Source: Felis catus (taxonomy: Eukaryota). Taken from it: a stretch of DNA of 60,000 nucleotides. The notes beneath the pieces were generated by a model that saw only the letters and a program-made list of their open reading frames with translations, was not told the origin of the DNA and searched no databases. The position numbers and the translations under genes are program-made. The DNA lies in NCBI RefSeq assembly GCF_018350175.1, contig NC_058383.1:11906001-11966000 (forward strand). Reading direction: 5' to 3'. How positions within the stretch are numbered: the first letter of the stretch is position 1; each line of letters starts with the position of its first letter. Below are positions 59,881-60,000 of the stretch, piece after piece.

Positions 59881-60000
59881 CAGGAAATAAGCATAAATAG
59901 GAAAACGTGTTAAGTAGCATTAGCCATTCACAAAATAGAAATTAAGCCATGAAGAGATGCTTATTACATTGGTGAACATAAAAAATACTGCCAATGCCAA

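Larger units (their letters stand above)
55100..60000 (+). mobile_element. Old, decayed L1 ORF2 (endonuclease to RT to C-terminus) hosting three SINEs, an RPS2 retrocopy and an AT-rich tract
   Basis: LSTITLNVNGLN at about 55239, CLQETHF, LDLINIYRRLHPITAEYTFFLSAH..KIDHIMGHK, CCAGGCCCAGAT..TGGAAATTCTACCAAACATTTAAGGA, PMSLMNTDAKI, IPFKIASK; many stops and indels. Confidence 0.9.

Overview
Mammalian nuclear DNA, almost certainly from a felid (cat family). It carries about 25 tRNA-derived carnivore Can-SINEs of the feline GGGGCGCCTGGGTGGCTCAGTCGGTT...(CT)n-polyA type and a feline-type L1 3' end. The window is repeat-dense intergenic or intronic sequence: SINEs, L1/L2/MIR relics, MaLR and ERVL LTRs, MER5/MER58 DNA transposons, and micro- and minisatellites. 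I recognise no intact protein-coding gene. The protein-like sequences I can identify are a processed RPS2 pseudogene (58135-59084, minus strand, inserted with a target-site duplication into an old L1 ORF2), a decayed ERV-L integrase plus dUTPase segment (about 30125-30900, minus), and L1 ORF1/ORF2 relics. The most interesting unexplained signals are a candidate 16-nt minus-strand micro-exon with strong splice sites (28558-28573), a ~1.07-kb 23-bp VNTR with higher-order structure and an ATG-initiated 253-aa ORF, a 63-bp higher-order AT-rich repeat, a forward-inverted-forward template-switch footprint (48005-48060), several nested insertions, and motif-dense enhancer candidates. I found no CRISPR array or other prokaryotic-type system, and nothing here demonstrates a new biological system. 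Repeat subfamily names come from recall of consensus sequences, not from a database search, and boundaries are approximate unless a TSD is quoted.
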